Shown here: positions 8,352 through 11,411 of the stretch, one piece after another
Position numbering within the stretch: position 1 is the stretch's first letter
Layout of the letters: each line of letters opens with the position of its first letter
Notes under the pieces: generated by a model
Databases searched by the model: none
Told to the model about the DNA's origin: nothing
The model's input: the letters and a program-made list of their open reading frames with translations, nothing else
Origin: Candidatus Caldarchaeum sp.
GTDB taxonomy: Archaea; Thermoproteota; Nitrososphaeria_A; Caldarchaeales; Caldarchaeaceae
Assembly: GCA_038844785.1 (NCBI GenBank)
Contig: JAWBRA010000042.1
Location: 1-11,411 of the forward strand
Reading direction: 5' to 3'
Length of the DNA stretch: 11,411 nucleotides
Translations under genes and position numbers: made by a program

Positions 8352-8756
8352 ATGGATGTTGTCTCCGAGTTGGAGGAGTTGAAGCATAGAGTTGAGGCTC
8401 TTGAACAAGCTGTAAGGACTCTTCTGAGGAGCCTAGGCTCTGTTGAGGTGAGGGTTGAGGTTCCCAAGGTGATTATAACAAGGGAGCCTGTGTATGTGAA
8501 GATATCCGAGAAAGAGCTTTATGGGCGGATTGTTCTCCTTGTTGAAAATGGTTTTTTCGACAATTATAGGTCACCGTCGGAAGTGGCTCATGAACTCCAT
8601 AGAAGGGGATGGGCTCCAAAAGACTTCCAACACATAAGACCAGCCCTAGAACACCTCACAATATTAGGCATTCTAGAAAGGGTGAGGGACAAAAGTAGAA
8701 AGGCTTACTGGGTTTATAGAAGGGCTGAAGGCTTCAAACCAACAAGAGCTGAATAA
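8352..8756 (+). CDS. Hypothetical protein: N-terminal coiled coil, extended beta segment and C-terminal winged-helix-like domain
   Basis: It shows the heptad run ELEELKHRVEALEQAVRTLL, and GFFDNYRSPSEVAHELHRRGW...IRPALEHLTILGILER...YWVY fits a wHTH pattern. Conservative substitutions against the paralog at 2020-2394 support coding status. ATG 8352 is the more likely start; 8340 is the alternative. Confidence 0.8.
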   Translation: MDVVSELEELKHRVEALEQAVRTLLRSLGSVEVRVEVPKVIITREPVYVKISEKELYGRIVLLVENGFFDNYRSPSEVAHELHRRGWAPKDFQHIRPALEHLTILGILERVRDKSRKAYWVYRRAEGFKPTRAE

Positions 8757-8809
8757 CTTGCCTAAACTCAACATGTTCATAATTTCTTGCAATGCTTCTT
8801 CAAGGCACT

Positions 8810-9279
8810 GAATATAATGTTAACGGGCGAAGGTTTAGGTTATTGAAAGTTAACAAACTTCGCTGTACAGAAACAGTTAAGCTCCTCCGAACCCATCTTT
8901 GAAAACATATTCAAACAGTCTGTCAAAAACGTTGTAACGCTTTATCTTCTATGATGAAGCCTACATGGAATCTTTCAAGAAAAGTAGTAATGCAACAGTA
9001 GCTGTGTTTAACGAAGATCCTGTTAATTGGTTTCTTTAGGAGTTCGTGGAGAGTCTTCGAATATACTTCAACTGGGTAAAATTCGTCTATATCGTCGCCG
9101 TGTTCCTATCCTGTAAAAACAAACTTTTTGAAAACTTGGCGATGGCGCTAAGTATCGTTAGAAAAGCTTTCATCAAGTTCTCCGGGTGCATAGAGGACAG
9201 TCTGCTTTGTGCTGATTTAAGTACGGCGGAGATCCTAGTTATATTTGGATATTCGAGACCTCAGTCCGCTGATTTCTAA
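8810..9279 (+). pseudogene. Degenerate coding remnant, possibly a very old IS6-like transposase
   Basis: The fragments VNGRRF, IFYDEAY and FNEDPVNWFL*EFVESLRIYFN (TAG at 9037-9039) loosely follow IS6 motif order. Support is weak. Confidence 0.25.
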
Positions 9280-9359
9280 CGTCCAAAGTAATGGGGCAAG
9301 CCCGGCGGAGAATTTGCGAGCTATAATATGGCAACTCTTGAATGGCGAAAGAACGGTTA

Positions 9360-10274
9360 TCATAGGACGGATGAAATGTTAAGCTCTTGGATGACTCTGT
9401 GAATTGGATTGGCTAACGTGAATACTTCGCTTCCTGCAAACAGAAGGCCAACCGCTCTACTTGCCTCATCTACGACGAGGCTACCTGAATCACCGCCTCT
9501 GCTGAAGCCACCCGGTTGGATAACGATTTGATCGTCAAAGGTCAAGGTCCCCAGGAGGCTATAGGTTACCTGGACGTAAGCACGTAATATCGTGATCATG
9601 CCGCGAGTTAAGCCAGTCGTCCTCCCGCTTTTCTTGACGAGCATCCCTAGAGCTGGGTTAGCTGTACCTTTGACGCGACCGATATCAAGAATATCTGGAA
9701 TCACGTCTTGGGGATTACTCGGCGTGGCAAGCGCTGCGTCCACATAGTTCACTGTATTTACGTTTAAGGATCTCCAACGTGAGACTTTCGCAATCTCATG
9801 ACGAGCAGTGCCTCCGTCATAGGGGCCTGGTTGATAAACCGGATCTAGCGGTCGCGCGTTATTTGAATTCGCAAGTACGTGATTATTGCTAAGGATATGA
9901 GTGCGGCCTTCCTTATCACGCACTAGACACCCCAATGTGCCAGCCGTGATGAGGTAGTGCCCTATGCTTACACCTCCCGGAGCTGGTCGCATTGGTCGTG
10001 TTCTAGAGACATTGAGAGTAAGTAGAGGTCGAATACTCTGAAACTCTCCGGCTACAATGGTTGTTATCGGAACCGGTTGCACTGATTGTGCAAGCGTCTG
10101 GACTACTGATTGTACATGGGGATTGTGTCTTCGAAGGAGTATCGCAATTTGTTGCTAAGTCACTCCTACACCATTCACGTAATTCCTTACAGTCTCTGTG
10201 CCAGCGAGGGCTTTGTAAATACGGGGTCCGAAGAAGCAGTCTATGCAGTATTTTCGAGCTTCTTCAATATTCAA
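9360..10274 (-). pseudogene. Nal1-like trypsin-fold serine protease with an N-terminal accessory domain, interrupted by an in-frame TAG at 10155-10157
   Basis: The catalytic triad is intact: LSNNHVL (His), VDAALA (Asp) and GGDSGS (Ser). The family motifs RPAPGGVSIGH, AGTLGCLV, QPGPYDGG and KSGRTTGLTRG are present. The frame extends upstream of 10082 through one TAG to a TTG at 10274 that overlaps the upstream stop. Confidence 0.85.
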
Positions 10275-10510
10275 GGAGGATCGGTCACTTCTAAGGGTTT
10301 GAACTCTCCGGTAACTTGAATCTTGCAGGGAATATCCTTTACGATGCTCGCTATCATGGCACGCGTATGTTCGCTGTCCTTCCGGAGCATAATGACCAGA
10401 CAGGGTTTACCTTCCGCTTCTCCAACCCCCACGCCAACCACATCTTTGATATTGAAGAGCTGGGCGCGGAGCCCCTTCAAACGTGCTTCTATCTCATACG
10501 TTGAAGGCAT
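10271..10510 (-). CDS. Small stand-alone protein homologous to the N-terminal domain of the adjacent protease
   Basis: A 79-aa ORF containing VVGVGVG...LVIMLRK...IPCKIQVTGEFKPL, with a GAGGCG RBS-like motif upstream. It has a 4-bp TTGA stop/start overlap with the protease. Confidence 0.8.
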   Translation of the reverse strand: MPSTYEIEARLKGLRAQLFNIKDVVGVGVGEAEGKPCLVIMLRKDSEHTRAMIASIVKDIPCKIQVTGEFKPLEVTDPP

Positions 10511-10575
10511 GGGGGGAGACCGCCTCGGTTATTAACCTTCTCAAGTAGGTAAAGAACTTTTCCGCCAGGCTTAGC

Positions 10576-11275
10576 GGTAGTGTCCGGATAAGCAGTGTGT
10601 TTAAAGGCCGGTGCTTGGGCTTACTCCGCATGGATGCTGTGGCTATAATCTTGGGATGCTTCGAGCGTAGCAAAAAAGCCGTGAGGCTAAAGTCTTAGCG
10701 GTCCTAGAGTACATGTTCCATGATGTATGAGGGTTCTAGGGTTCTAAGCCTAGCGTCCGAGCCTATAAGCAAGTCCACGGTACACGAGCTTTCTAGAAAG
10801 TTCTCCTCAACAGTTAAGGTCTCTCCATATCATAAGTTTAGGAGGTGCATTGCTGTTGATTAGACGAAGCTTAAGGTCAAGGGGGCTATAGTATATGTAT
10901 GGTCTGCTGTAGACGTGGGTTCAGGGGAGTTATTGGCTCTAGAGGCTTCTTACGGCAGAAGCTGCCTAAACGCCCTACTATTCGTTAAGGCCTTAAGACT
11001 CTGTTTAAACAAGCCTAGGATTATAGTTCCATGGTATGTATGGGCTATACAAAGACTGGGATTAGATTATGAGTGTCAGAGGTTTGGGATGAGGAATAGG
11101 GTTGAGAGGTTCTTCAGATACCTTAAGGAGAGGACGGCAGTATTCCATAACAAGCTTAGCGCAAGAGACTATATGCGGGGAATAACCAACCTAAACCTAT
11201 TCCTCAAACTATTCACACTATACTATCAGGCCATGAAGGGTGGAGGTGGTTAACCATGCTTATCTGGACACTACC
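10576..11275 (+). mobile_element. Complete 700-bp IS6-family element, non-autonomous
   Basis: The left IR is GGTAGTGTCCGGATAAGCA (10576-10594) and the right IR is TGCTTATCTGGACACTACC (11257-11275); they are 18/19 complementary. No target-site duplication is visible. Confidence 0.92.
10630..11253 (+). pseudogene. Inactivated IS6-family transposase
   Basis: Frameshifts and stops occur near 10680-10730. CIAVD*TKLK has a TAG at 10861-10863 where VDET is expected. RIIVPWY lacks the catalytic DxG seen in VVDRGPWY of the first copy, while RNRVERFFRYLKER is retained. Confidence 0.88.
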
Positions 11276-11284
11276 CTTGTGGGT

Positions 11285-11411
11285 GGCTCTGTTAACTTAA
11301 GGCCTTTGGCCTAGGGATGTGGTTGTTTTGTCATGTTTGTTAGGCGGAGGACGGCTTTACCTGCGGTCCTCTACGGTCTTTACCTCGTAGCCCTAGGCCT
11401 GAGCTTTAGAT
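11285..11411 (+). mobile_element. Left end of another IS6-family element; its transposase starts near 11333 and runs off the window
   Basis: It starts with the IR-like GGCTCTGTTAAC and shares ACTTAAGGC and CTTTGGCCTAGG with the remnant at 5392. The ORF MFVRRRTALPAVLYGLYLVALGLSFR matches the IS6 N-terminal LYxxxGLSxR pattern. Confidence 0.75.

Noticed and set aside
10061-10535. Plus-strand ORFs over the protease cassette
   Set aside because: They are antisense to minus-strand frames that carry coherent, mutually homologous motifs.
9037-10863. Three in-frame TAG interruptions (9037, 10155, 10861) suggesting amber recoding such as pyrrolysine
   Set aside because: TAG serves as the normal stop of intact genes here (707, 2668, 4298). 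The TAG at 10861 lies in a transposase that also has frameshifts and a catalytic deletion, and no pyl genes are visible. Mutational decay explains the pattern better.
10568-11283. Target-site duplication around the complete IS6
   Set aside because: The flanks GGCTTAGC and CTTGTGGG do not match.
1-11411. CRISPR array, tRNA, rRNA or regular tandem repeats
   Set aside because: I saw no periodic repeat-spacer structure or RNA-gene signature by eye. The repeated sequences are explained by IS6 copies and the paralog pair.

Overview
An archaeal-style accessory region, probably from a thermophile; a Caldarchaeales/Aigarchaeota-like origin is my inference from gene style only. It is heavily disrupted by IS6-family elements: a 3' part at the left edge, a complete but inactivated 700-bp copy with 19-bp inverted repeats, a 5' part at the right edge, and several degraded remnants and solo ends. 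Intact genes are an RHH-like antitoxin, an operon of a saccharopine-dehydrogenase-family enzyme and a membrane-bound M28-fold protein, a C-terminally anchored surface protein, a coiled-coil/winged-helix protein, and a small ORF coupled to a Nal1-like trypsin protease. Damaged genes that the ORF track misses or truncates are a frameshifted VapC/PIN toxin, an AbrB-like remnant, a 5'-truncated inverted paralog of the winged-helix gene, and the 5' part of the protease, which has an amber stop at codon 40. The best candidate for an undescribed system is the two-gene cassette at 9360-10510, where a stand-alone copy of the protease's own N-terminal domain lies directly upstream of the protease. All calls come from reading the sequence by eye; no searches were run.
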